Source of the DNA: Octopus bimaculoides
Lineage: Eukaryota
Length of the DNA stretch: 64,000 bases
Direction of reading: 5' to 3'
Assembly (NCBI RefSeq): GCF_001194135.2
Contig: NC_069001.1
Span: 25,582,898 to 25,646,897, forward strand
Under the pieces are notes generated by a model. That model ran no database searches. It saw nothing but the letters and a program-made list of their open reading frames with translations, and was not told where the DNA came from. Positions within the stretch are counted from its first letter, which is position 1. The number at the start of each line of letters is the position of its first letter. The translations under genes were made by a program, and so were the position numbers. Below are positions 52,725 to 64,000 of this stretch, piece after piece.

Positions 52725-53035
52725 CCAAGATTCAGCATAATTTGGCCAAAGCGTATAATCCTGCTGTGAAACGTCTTTGGATTTTATTGGAATTTATGGG
52801 AAGAATATGGATTGGGATTGTGCAACATGGTTCAATAATGATTGGCTGACCAATAGTCACGCTTGTACGATGTTGGGTAGTATGCGGTTTCAATCCTCAG
52901 GATCACCTAAAACATTGTATCAGTGATGACGGCTCGTAAAACACCTTACTATGGGACTTATAAAATTGCTCAGCCTAGGCAGCCTCGATTTCAAGATGAG
53001 ACCTCATGCAGATGATACATCCTTCAACTAGATAT
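52725..53035 (+). pseudogene. Very old CR1/L2-type RT remnant
   Basis: NLAKAYNPAV..LW..L...G (DLxKAFDxV-like) and CATGCAGATGATACATCC = HADDTS (YADD-like). Frames are broken. Confidence 0.4.
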
Positions 53036-53174
53036 AGTTGCTCTCTTGTTAAATTACTATGGTTTCCATATGAATATCATCATCATAATCAAGCCTGTAC
53101 TGTTACCACTTCCCATGTGACAACATTTCATTACTTATTATTCTCGTTTGTTATATAACATTCTAGTTACTATA

Positions 53175-55835
53175 TTGATTTCAAATTTAGACAGAAGGCC
53201 AGAAAAATCGGGTGATGGGGTGAAGACGATCACATCGACCACAGAACTCAACTGTTGCTTATCGACCCAGAAAAGATAAAATGCAAAGTCGACCTCGGCG
53301 GGATTTGAACTCAGAACATAAATACGGACGAATTGCCACTAAGCATTTTGCCCGACATCCTAAGTATTCTGCCAGCTCACCGCAAGAAATGTTGATAAAA
53401 TTCCGGACAAGTTCTTCATCTCTATCTACCAAGCAGTAGCATCATCTAACTCAAAACATTTTTTCTAATCACCACATTTAATCATAATATTTTTATGATT
53501 GCTGCTGAAAATATTTGAAATAATCACAACCACTTTTATGTTACAAATGTGGTCAATAAACATTTATAATTAAATTATCACTTAATCATATTTACCGATT
53601 ATCAATTAATCATATTTCTTGGCACCAACGGGCACTGGTATTTGTTCTATGAATATTTTTATATGGCAATTAAACCATCCACCACCATCTACACGCTTCA
53701 AAGATAGGCACAAGGCCAGTATTTTTGAGCGAGGAGAGAGTAGCTTTTAGCGAGCGTAATACGGTGGAAATGATAGACGTTATCGTTTTGTAAAAATGTG
53801 ATTATGGCTACGTCTCGTATTCCATTTTAAGCTGTTTTGCGTTGCAATTTAAGGCGACGCGACTGGTGGAATCGTTAGCACGCCAGGCAAATTGCTCAGT
53901 CGCATTATCATCGTCTTGAAGTCCTGAGTCCAAGTTCCGCTGAGGTCCACTTTGTTATTTATCTTTTCAGTTGGATGCCAGTTGAACACTTGAATCGAAA
54001 TAATCGACTAAGCTTCTCCCCCCCCCCTAACCTGCTGGACTTACGACAAAATATGAAATAAATTTTACGTTATAAATTATTCAATAGATCTTGGAGCGAT
54101 ATAAGAAAAAATGGTCTATGCGGTATTGAAACTGGAAATGTGTAGATCTTGAAGACATACTGCAAAGCATTTTGTTTCAGGCAGTAGCGGATCACATGAT
54201 CCACTGAAACTAATTATGATAATGAAAATTGATGACGAAGATACAATTAATGATAATAATAATGATGATACTATTATTATTAATAACAATAATGATGTTA
54301 CTATTATTATTAATAATAATAATGATGATGATGATGATTTTCCTTTCTACTTAACGCACAAGGCCTGAAATTTAGGGGAGGGGAATAGTAGATTACATCG
54401 ACCCTACTACTCAACTGGTATTTCATCTGTCGACCTCGAAAGGGGTTGATAATACTAACAGGTGACAATGTTTCTCTAAAAGAAACCGAGGAACTTTCAA
54501 AATACAAAGATCTGGAAATAGAGGTTACTCGAATCTGGAGCCTACAAACAGAAATAATTCCTATTATGGCAGGCACATTAGGTATGATATGTCGAAACGT
54601 TGTGAACACCTAATGTTATGGTTAGTGACCCGCTACACTTCATAAATCCTACGAAGAATAACACCGAACCTGACCGAAACCAAACACAAGCAGTAACAAC
54701 AAAGACAATACTTGTGAGCGGCACGGACAAAATTTGTTTTCTGGCAGTAGGGAATATTATTCGGTTACATCGATCCCAGAACCCAACAGGAGTTAGGGAA
54801 TATATTTTACTGGCTGTTAAAAGATGAGAAGCAAATTGACCATTCTGGAAAGTGCAGTCAGGGCATAAAGACTAATACAAAAGCAGTGAAACATTTTTCT
54901 CCTACGCGACAACAATTTACCAACTCACTTGATAAAAAATACTAATAATCCTTACTACTATAAGAATAAGGCCTGAAATTTTAGGTTGAGATGCTATTCA
55001 GTTTTATTGACGTCAATGTCCATCTGGTACTCATTGCGTAGGCACCAAAATTATCAAAGGCAGAGTCGACCTCTGTGGAATTTGATTTCTGAAAGTAAAG
55101 ACGGACGAAATGACACTAAACAGAGAGACCCGCATTTTGACGATTCTGCCAGCTTGCCGTAGTAATAGTAATAATAATAATGGTTTGAAAGTTTTCAAGC
55201 GACGAGGTGGCAGAATCGTTAGCAGGCCAGATTCTTCCGACTATACGTTCGGAATTCAAATGTCGCCTGGGATGACTTATCTTTTCATCCTACTAGGTTT
55301 AATGTAATCCAGTTACACCTGTCCTTGCTGGCATTCTGCCAAAATACGAAACTAATAATAGATTCAAATTTTGACATAAGGCCAGCAATTTTGTGCTCCA
55401 GTGATATTTAATTAATCTACCGGATATGATGACAGGCAAATCTGAACCCGGCGGCATTTGCGGTAGAACCCGGCAGCACTTGCGGTAGAACGACTCTACT
55501 ATAGGCACAATGCCTGAATATTAAGAGAGTGGGATTAGTCGATTACATCGACCCTAGTACTCTACTTGTACTTAATTCATCGAGCCCGAATGGATGAAAG
55601 GCAAAGTCGACCTCAGCGGAATTTCAACTCAGAACCTAGCGGTTGACGAATTACCGCTAAACATTTCTCTCAGCCTGCTAACGATTCTGCCAGTTCGCTA
55701 CCTTATCGATGATGATGATGACAATATCAATAATAATATTTTCTATTAAAAGCACAAGGCCTGAAATTTGGGAGAGAGAGTTAGTCGATTATATCGTTGC
55801 CAGTGCTCGTGTGGTACTTACTTCATCGACTCCGA
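53175..55835. mobile_element. Dense cluster of SINE family A copies in alternating orientation: 53175-53385 (-), 53855-54055 (+), 54350-54440 (-), 54955-55160 (-), 55195-55395 (+), 55500-55705 (-), 55750-55835 (-)
   Basis: Repeated GTCGACCTC.GCGG.ATTT.AACTCAGAAC / GTTCTGAGT motifs and GGCACAAGGCC ends, separated by (TAA)n tails. Confidence 0.8.
54464..54700 (+). mobile_element. Second R4/Dong-type 3' fragment, from a different family than 6290-7376
   Basis: DNVSLKETEELSKYKDLEIEVTRIWSLQTEIIPIMAGTLGMI matches the RLE C-terminal KxxKYxDL..IPIIxGALG motif. Confidence 0.8.
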
Positions 55836-56059
55836 ATGTATGGAATACATGTTGTCTAGCGTGTAAACAATTGTGCCACCTCACCACATTAGTAGTAATA
55901 ATAATAATAACACTAATAATAAGCAAGGAACTACCAACGCTAATAATTTATTTCATTCTACTTCACGAAAGCATCAGGAAAAGTTATTTTAAGAAGCCAA
56001 AGGAAACACCAGACAAAAAAATATTCTGAGGGAAACACATTCTATCTCTTTCTGTCTAG

Positions 56060-56150
56060 TTCTCTTTCTGTCTATTTCTCTTTCTGTCTATTTCTCTCTC
56101 TGTCTATTTCTCTCTCTGTCTATTTCTCTCTCTGTGTCTATTTCTCTCTC
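56060..56150. repeat. 16-bp pyrimidine-rich minisatellite (TCTCTYTCTGTCTATT)n grading into (CT)n
   Basis: About 5 tandem units are visible. Confidence 0.8.
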
Positions 56151-56922
56151 TCTCTCTCTATCTCTATCTTTCTCTCTCTCTCTCTATTTCTCTTTCTCTC
56201 TCTCTTTATTTTTCTCTCTCTCTCTTTCCTTCAATCTCACACTGTGCTACAATCTACATTGAAACTTTTATGAAGAAAATCACATTACCTTCACATTACC
56301 TTCAACATGTTGATGCCAACGGCTTTTGTGGAAACAACGTGTGTTCCCTGACACAAATTTGCTCTTGTCGTACGAATATAGATTCGTCCCATGGTGATCA
56401 GAGGACAAACTTTTGCGGGCGTAAAATTAAATTTTGTAGCTTCACAGTTATAATCATGATACGAAGAAATACGTTGTTAGACAGCATCCGTTTAGAATAG
56501 CGAAGAATCTTTTATCTAAATATTTCCCACATCATGCACAATCGATTTCATTATATTTATGCCTGGAGAATAAAACTCACAATAATACGGTAACACAACA
56601 AATACCTGCACAGATTGCCATGAGTATATTCTCATGTGCTATCATGACATATATAAATACTCACACGCATATATAAGTGAAGATAAGTGTACATAAATCT
56701 GAGGCTCAAAGACAGAGAAATAAGTGTGTGTACGTGTGTAGGTGTTGTGCGTGAGCATACGTGTGCGTTGTGTGGAAATGTTCATGTAAACGTGTGCGGG
56801 TGTGCGTTATGCTTAATCAGAAAAGCTGAAATAGATTTACATATAAGCCAAACTGTTTAAACAAGAATCTAAACGTATTTTCTTCCGTAGTATTTACCTG
56901 CAGCAAAAGTAGGATTTCCCAG

Positions 56923-56948
56923 ATTCTCTGCAGCAGCACAATGAAGAT
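56923..56948 (+). CDS. Candidate exon (xSLQQHNED); alternative acceptor at 56913 gives DFPDSLQQHNED
   Basis: Donor GAT|gtaagt. The phase-0 end is compatible with the next exon. Confidence 0.4.
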
Positions 56949-56995
56949 GTAAGTAGGCTCACGATCATTCTCCATCATGCACACACACACACACA

Positions 56996-57028
<33 letters not shown>

Positions 57029-57031
<3 letters not shown>

Positions 57032-57352
57032 GTGTATAAGGGATGACCACTAGGTGGACGTCCAAAATGCTAGAAAGAGATCATCAACGACCCAACTACA
57101 AACAAAAAATATTGTTCTCCAGAAAAATTACGCAAAACACCAGAACAGAACAAAATGAGAAATATAAAGAATAAAAATTAAGAATTCTTAATTCTTTATA
57201 ATTAATTCTTTATTATGCATATTTCTCATTTTGTCCTGTTCTGGTTTGTGAAATTTTTCTGGAGAACATCATTTTTTCTTTGTGGTTGGGTCGTTGATGA
57301 TCTCTTTCTAGCATATTGGATGTCCACCTAGTGGTCATCCCTTATACATGTG
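57029..57352. mobile_element. Fold-back MITE with TA target site (Tc1/mariner-like); the whole element is an imperfect palindrome of ~160-bp arms
   Basis: GTGTATAAGGGATGACCACTAGGTGGAC..AGAAAGAGATCATCAACGACCCAAC is mirrored at 57280-57352. Confidence 0.85.
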
Positions 57353-57804
57353 TAATACAATTTTTTTCTGAATTTTCAGATTTTTTTATATGCTAAGCCA
57401 CTTGGTTTTAAATTGAATAAATATTCAATTTATCACCCTACCTATATAAATATATACATATATATATATATGTATATATATGTATATATATGTATATATA
57501 TGTATCATAGATGACGCCCATATTTTCTTTGTATAGAATACATTTAGTAGTGTAAATGAGATTTAAACTTGTGCGTGTATAGCAGTAAATGTAGAGATAA
57601 GGAAATTAGACAGATCGATATATAAAGTATATGAAATACACGAAATGCAAAAAATGTATATATGTATTCGTATAAAGTGTCCAGCTTACACAGTACAAAT
57701 GATGTAGAGAATTAAGAGGGTGAAAGAAAAGGTTGACAAGTGCAACAACTGTTTTCGTGGTCTCGATGGTGCATAATAATGTTTGTAGATTGTTTCTGTC
57801 ATAG

Positions 57805-57858
57805 GATGAGACAAGTCTCCGACTTCAGGAAATAGATCTTGCATTTGAAGTGTTAAAG
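57805..57858 (+). CDS. Coding exon of an unidentified gene (DETSLRLQEIDLAFEVLK)
   Basis: ttgtttctgtcatag|GAT..AAG|gtatgt. 54 nt, phase 0-0. The other two frames contain stops. Confidence 0.6.
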
Positions 57859-57999
57859 GTATGTGCATACCGACATCCACCTGTATGTATAGGTGTATAT
57901 CTGGGTACAGGACATTGCAAACAAAACGTAGACAAGAAAACGCACAAGCCACATAGAGAACATTCTACTTCATCAGCTACCCACATTTTAACACCGGCG

Positions 58000-58030
<31 letters not shown>

Positions 58031-58050
58031 TCACAAATATCTTTTCTTAG

Positions 58051-58106
58051 CTGAATTTCGTATCAAACACCCTTTTGAGAGCATATGCAATTTTTAACCT
58101 AAAGGA
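58051..58106 (+). CDS. Candidate exon (LNFVSNTLLRAYAIFNLK+GA)
   Basis: atatcttttcttag| and GGA|gtaaga. The only open frame is phase 0, matching the previous exon. Confidence 0.45.
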
Positions 58107-59095
58107 GTAAGATGATCAGAACGAATAGAACGCCGAAGTTTGAGGGACGGAGAGAGGAAACCATTGTTTTTCCTATTAGGAAAAACGTTATTTTTATTTT
58201 ATCTATCACAGGTTCAAGTCGAAATTTAAGAAAAAACCGTTTTATACTTTTGGAAAAACTAAAAATAAAAGAAAACTAATCACTCTTAATGGAAGGATGC
58301 AAAAAATGTTATTTTGGATCATAGTGGAAACACACATATGTGAGATATGAAACTATTGTTGGAAAAAAGAAAAGATAGAAAACTTTTCCTAGAAATAAAA
58401 CTATATATGATATGATTGGATTGCATGAGAAGTGTGTCGACGAGAACTACCATGATTGGAACATAAAAAGGAAAAAAAATATGGGCAGGGAAACTACTAA
58501 AGAAATGGATTACAATAAACAAAATGACGCTTTTCACAGTATAGGAAATAACCCTCCAGCACCTTATATAATTTGTTTTTCTTGTTGATTTTGCTGTGGG
58601 AATTTTTGCTTACATCTGCAAAACTACTGCATCGGTTGTCGCTTATCTTCCAATCTCAGTTTAAATAATTTCAACCGTGACTATCACGTCTTATTTTCCT
58701 TTTCAATTGTCGGACTTTATCACGAAATACAAGCACTCTACACGTTGCTTTCCTTTTTTTTATTGTTGACAATGGCTTTATAGAAGCATAGCGTCACAGC
58801 TTTTACAGCTCAACCGAAGATGTTTGAGACGCTCGTAGTTTCGTGTTTAAGCATCAAACTTAGTGTCGAAGCTTTCGTTCGTAGTTCGCTTATGTCAACA
58901 GTATAAGAGAATGCATACGTGTGAAATTTTTTTATCTGTAACTATGCCATCTTCTTTCTCCAGCATTATAAATCTAGGTGTACATTATCCATTTTTCACT
59001 TCTTAATATGCAGAACAATTCCAACCCCGGTAAAACCTGACTGTATTCAAAAATGAACTAGCTTTCAATATTCCACATCTTTTTTTCTCTTTCAG

Positions 59096-59121
59096 ACACA
59101 CTATCTATGAACTTTATAACA
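59096..59121 (+). CDS. Candidate exon (E-HTIYELYN)
   Basis: catctttttttctctttcag| and ACA|gtatgt. The phase-2 start matches the previous exon. Confidence 0.45.
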
Positions 59122-61399
59122 GTATGTTCTCGCGTGCCTTGTTCTATGTAATGAAAAATAAAAGCATATCACATATACTAAGGACATAGTGCAGGTTGTA
59201 TACTATGTCCAGTGTGTCGTACAGCCTTGATAATGATTCTGCCTTTGCTGGTGTGTTTATTTTTTATTAATATTAGAAATGCATGTGTGGCCTCCTGTTC
59301 ATTGAGTTTATCTATTTTTACTGTGTGCAATGGATTGGTTTTTTTACCTTAGATAGCAAGGTGTAATTTGACCGTTCGCTATTATAAGACTTAGCTCAAA
59401 CACGTCTGTGTCAATCAGTCATTTATATTTGATGCAACAAATTAGCCTCTGGAAACCCTTAAGATATATTAGATACTATAATGATGCACTATGAAATCCA
59501 TTAGGTTAACCACGTTCACCAGGTGCAGGATGTTTCAACATTTTTGCACTCTTGGAACGAGGATATATTCAGGCACATTTGTGATTCGCACACTGAGTTA
59601 GATAAATCTTCCGTGGCACCCTTTTAAAACCAAGAATTTCCAGTTAACCTGAATGTCAAGTATAATTGCAAAAGACATTACTTTACTTCAAATTTAGGAA
59701 AATACAGTAGTAAACGTTGTTTTACGTTTATTCAAAAAATGAAACCGCATCAGACGTAGTTGCAGTATATCGTTATCTTATTTTACGGAAGCTCGACAGA
59801 AACAAATAAAATCCTTTCCGTACTTTTGTAAGAGAGCTGTATGCCCAGAGGAAGATACATGAATCAAATTTCGGCAGCACTTCAGTCCCAGTATCATGTG
59901 AAAACCTGACGAGACGGTTAACTTGAGAAAAATTTGTCAGGCAGCGAAAGAATGATTTTAACCATTGTTGGTTAGTACTATACGTACATGTGTCACGCAG
60001 CGTCATGGAAAGAACTTCCAAAAAAGATATATTATACAATAAGTCTGAGACACCATTAGAGAAAGAAGAGTTCACTTAGGTGGGCATCGCTAAATAAGAG
60101 CAGCTGGGCAACACTACTGTGGAAACTTCGACGTAGCCATAATCACATTTTTACAAAGCGATGATGTGTATCATTTCCACCGTGATCCATCCAATTGTGC
60201 TGATGAGGTTTGTACTATCTATCTCCTTAACAAGCGATGAAACCTACGATCAATATTAACTCAGGCGTAATTATCCTACTTTTACTTGTTTAATAATTAT
60301 TATGTTTTAATATGACACTTCTCTCAATTACCTTCATTTTAAAAATAGCAACTTATAATTTTTGAAGAATTAGTACATAAACGGCAGAGTAAAGACAATA
60401 GTGATCGTTGATCTAGGAGGCATATGAACAAAGAAAGCAGTTCTTAGACACGATGTTTATTTCCCTATGATTTCTAACATTTACCAATATATCCTTCAGA
60501 CTTTAAGCTATTAATGTCTAATTAAGTGATGTTGCTTCCTGCATCTAATATGTTTAAAATAATATAACTTTTCAAGCATTGTCTTCTAGTAAGAATTCTT
60601 CTAATGTTTGTTTTTGGTCCCAAATCAACATTTTTGGACCAAAGGAAGTAGTTCTGTGTGTCACCTTTTATCATGTATTTCGTTTGCAAGGGATACACCA
60701 CATGGTGATTTTCGCTTTCAGTAACTGTTCTGATTATCTTCTTTAATACCGGAAATCTGCACTTCTCGAATAGCCAACAATTCTTACACTGACCATTAAG
60801 ATTGAGCCAGACCAGGTTAAATATATTTGAAAGGGCAATATAGACGTGACTATCTATCATATCTCTATTTCTAGCCAAGAATTGTGTCTAGGTGTGCATT
60901 ATTTAATGCATTACAAGTATTATTTTAAATTAGCAAGATATGATGAGATTATTGGGCTTTCGTTAACTGAGCGAGCGGGAAACAGTTTTAATTGGCTCGT
61001 GTAGTTAAAATATATTTGAGCAAAACTAATTAATTTTTAATTTAAAAGCAATTTCAAACCAAAAGAATTTAATCCAAAATGTTATTTACATTCACCGGTG
61101 AAATGAGAATAGCATTTACAGATTTGTGAAAAAATACAATGACGCTTTCATTTGTAACCATGGAGACCTCAACATATTTTAATTTTAGTGGATATAAATA
61201 TTTCATTCACAAAATTTAGTAATAAACGCCATGAAATACAAGGCAACTGAAATTAGTCAAAAATATTGAATGTAAGGTTAGCAATTCAATTTAAATGTCT
61301 CTTAGTTCACATTTAATTTGAATATAGTGGCGAGGAATTCTGAACAGCTTATACATACTTTTTTTCATACGTACGTACACACATACATACTTACATACA

Positions 61400-61740
61400 T
61401 CATCGTGGCACTCCGTCAGGTGCGAATACGGGGGTTCCAGTTTATCCGATCAACGGAACAACCTGCTCGGGAAATTAACGTGCAAGTGGCTGAGCACTCC
61501 ACGGACATGTGTACCCTTAATGTAGTTCTCAGGGATATTCAGCGTGACACAGTGTGACAAGGCTGGCCCTTTGAAATAAAGGTACAACAGAATATGAAGA
61601 ATGATTGAGAGAAAGTTGTGATGAAAGAGTACAGCAGGGTTCGCCGGAGCTTCGTGGAGCTTTAGGTGTTTCCGCTCAATAAACATCCACAACACCTGGT
61701 CTTGGAATCGAAACCACGATCCTACGACTGCGAGTCAGCG
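61400..61740 (-). mobile_element. SINE family C (tRNA head, RTE-like tail; Ceph-SINE-like)
   Basis: Reverse complement reads GCTGACTCGCAGTCGTAGGATCGTGGTTTCGATTCC..CTCAGCCACTTGCACGTTAATTTCCCGAGCAGG..GGAGTGCCACGA. Confidence 0.8.
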
Positions 61741-62085
61741 GCCCTGGGATCACGGTTTCAATTCCCAGATCGGGCGTCGTGAATTTTTATTGAGCGAAAC
61801 CACTTAAAGCCCCACGAGACTCTGGCAGTGTGTGGTGGCGAACCCTGTTGTACTGTTTCACCACGACATTCCATCGCTCTTTCTTCCTGTTTCTGTTGTA
61901 CCTATAAATCAAAGGAACAGCCTTGTCACACACTGTGTCACGCTGAATCTCCCCGAGAACTACGTTAAGTGTACACATGTCTGTGGAGTGCTCAGCCATT
62001 TTCACGTTAATTTCACGAGCAGGCTGTTCCGTAGATCGGATCAACTGGAAACTCGGTCGTCGTAACCGACGGGGTGCCACGATAC
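61741..62085 (+). mobile_element. SINE family C, head-to-head with the previous copy
   Basis: GGGATCACGGTTTCAATTCCCAG..CTCAGCCATTTTCACGTTAATTTCACGAGCAGGCTGTTCCG..GGGGTGCCACGA. Confidence 0.8.
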
Positions 62086-62638
62086 ATACAGTGAAATCCA
62101 AAGAGTGAAACAGGAAAAGGAAAGAGAAAGTAATTTGTTTGGACTCAGAATCTGTGTTCTTCCGTTAATCCTATCTGCTTGGTATTACCGATTTACATCA
62201 ATATTTTACTGTTCCAATAGGTAGAATGACGCCAAAGGCTGATGCTAACGACTAACATGAAGAAATGAATTTAAATTGATGTATAGAATGACCCATCAAT
62301 TTTCCAGTATTTTACATACTGACAGATAGATGACTTCATATTTAGATTGCTAGATATATTCTACAGAGGTTGTGGAATGCATCACTGTAATGTTGACAAA
62401 TACAAAATGTTTCGAAAATGAAATATCAAAGACGTAAGCGTTTGGATAGACAGAGCGTGTGAAAGGTATTAGGATAAATAAACAAAGTTTTCAAGGACGT
62501 AAGAGGTCGCAAATATTAGCTTGAAGCTTATTTTTACATTTTTATATATTCAACTTAATTTTATTGATTCATGTAAATCGGTATCTATTTTTATTCCGCA
62601 CCTTTCAAAAAATAATTTTTGTGGTACGTATATATAAT

Positions 62639-62669
<31 letters not shown>

Positions 62670-62865
62670 CGTTACCTTGTGATGATTATATATACTTATA
62701 AAGATAATATGCTGATAGACATAAGTTCTTTCCTAAGACAGGGTCAATAAAACAAATTAAAGTAAAAAACAGAAATAGCTTCTCTTTTATACTTCGTGAA
62801 TTGAAGATACTATCAGCATCAGCATCTCTCACTCTCTCTTACTCTCTCACTCTCTCTATCTCTCA

Positions 62866-62896
<31 letters not shown>

Positions 62897-63248
62897 TCCC
62901 CCTCGACATTAGTAGATAACTATTATATAAAGAAAACAGTCAGGATATATTATTCAGGCATATGTTTTAAAAATAGTTACAAAATCATTTAAAGATTTTC
63001 AAATTTAGAACAAAATTTAGAAAAAAAAAGTATATATAATCTAACATATAATCGACTACATCAACAATCATAAGTAAAAACATTTCTTAATCTTCTACCT
63101 TATAGTGTATGTTATTTTCTAACATTTTTTATCATTCTAAAGTGTTGCCTGGGTGGATAGAACACAGTAGGTCATTCTGTACAGATTGCTACATTGGGAC
63201 TACCTATGTACACATAGATACATATGTACGTACATACGTATGTATGTA

Positions 63249-63287
<39 letters not shown>

Positions 63288-63490
63288 TTTTTTTCTGATA
63301 AAGGGGCATATAAGCCCACGCGGGTAGGAAAGCCTTTTTATCTATGCCCCTTTAGTAGACTATTTTCCTTTGTCATTGTGAGGTGATGGCCATAAGCTTT
63401 AAGTTACATAAAAAAAAATACCATTATTATTCATAGGATTGTAAAATCGGCACCGTTTGATAAGAAAAAAACACTGACACAGAAAGCATA

Positions 63491-63522
<32 letters not shown>

Positions 63523-63610
63523 NNNNNNNNNNNNNNNNNNNNNNNNNNNNNNNNNNNNNNNNNNNNNNNNNNNNNNNNNNNNNNNNNNNNNNNNNNNNNN
63601 NNNNNNNATA

Positions 63611-63651
<41 letters not shown>

Positions 63652-64000
63652 GTATTTATTTTCTCGTGATTGATAAATAACTCGGACAAAAAAAAATGGT
63701 TAATATATACCAGGGTAGCAAAGATCACAAAATAACTGTGGTGTAACTCCTGTTTATGAGGTATACACTCCTTGATATTTTGGGTACTTGAGTATATATA
63801 AATTTAATGAATGGAGTAAAACGCATATGTTAACTGCATACTTTTATTTCCAACATATGTTTCGAAGATTACAAATTATACCTTCCCATACATATCCCTG
63901 AAGAGATTACATTTTTAACATCGCCGATTCCTTTGGAAGGTATAATTTGTAATCTTCGAAACATTTGTTGGAAGTAAAAGTATGCAGTTAACATTTGCGT

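Noticed and set aside
59773-60075. 100-aa minus-strand ORF
   Set aside because: No motif, no convincing splice sites, and it is largely the antisense of an equally unconvincing + frame.
60190-60255. Hammerhead-like CTGATGAG..GAAACCTAC
   Set aside because: Extra bases lie between stem II and GAAA, stem III is not palindromic or paired, and there is no clean UH. At best a decayed relic.
1660-63728. The many YI/HT/CV/LS/ER-rich and X-containing ORFs in the supplied track
   Set aside because: They are translations of (TA)n, (CA)n, (CT)n tracts and N-gaps, not genes.

Overview
AT-rich eukaryotic genomic DNA from a gapped short-read assembly. N-gaps: 5690-6223, 8669-9135, 18423-18680, 20174-20710, 31292-31707, 39149-39394, 47791-48080, 51077-51358, 63523-63607, almost all flanked by (TA)n, (CA)n or (CT)n. 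The repeat landscape looks like a coleoid cephalopod, probably Octopus (inference from the SINE families and microsatellite density). The window is mostly intronic or intergenic: about 30 tRNA-derived SINE copies from at least 4 families, two decayed mariner elements, a Tc1 fragment, several MITEs, and R4/Dong, RTE, CR1/L2 and Penelope retroelement remnants. Almost all entries in the supplied ORF track are microsatellite or gap artefacts. No host gene could be named. There is moderate evidence for a small-exon + strand gene at 56.9-59.1 kb and for a duplicated exon-like pair on the - strand at 25.7 and 27.8 kb. The most notable signals are (1) an intact minimal type I hammerhead ribozyme inside a 459-bp tandem unit at 16.4 kb, and (2) a tRNA(Thr)-headed, hammerhead-tailed SINE-like element fused to a Penelope RT fragment at 33.2-33.8 kb. 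No CRISPR array, rRNA or intact tRNA gene was found.
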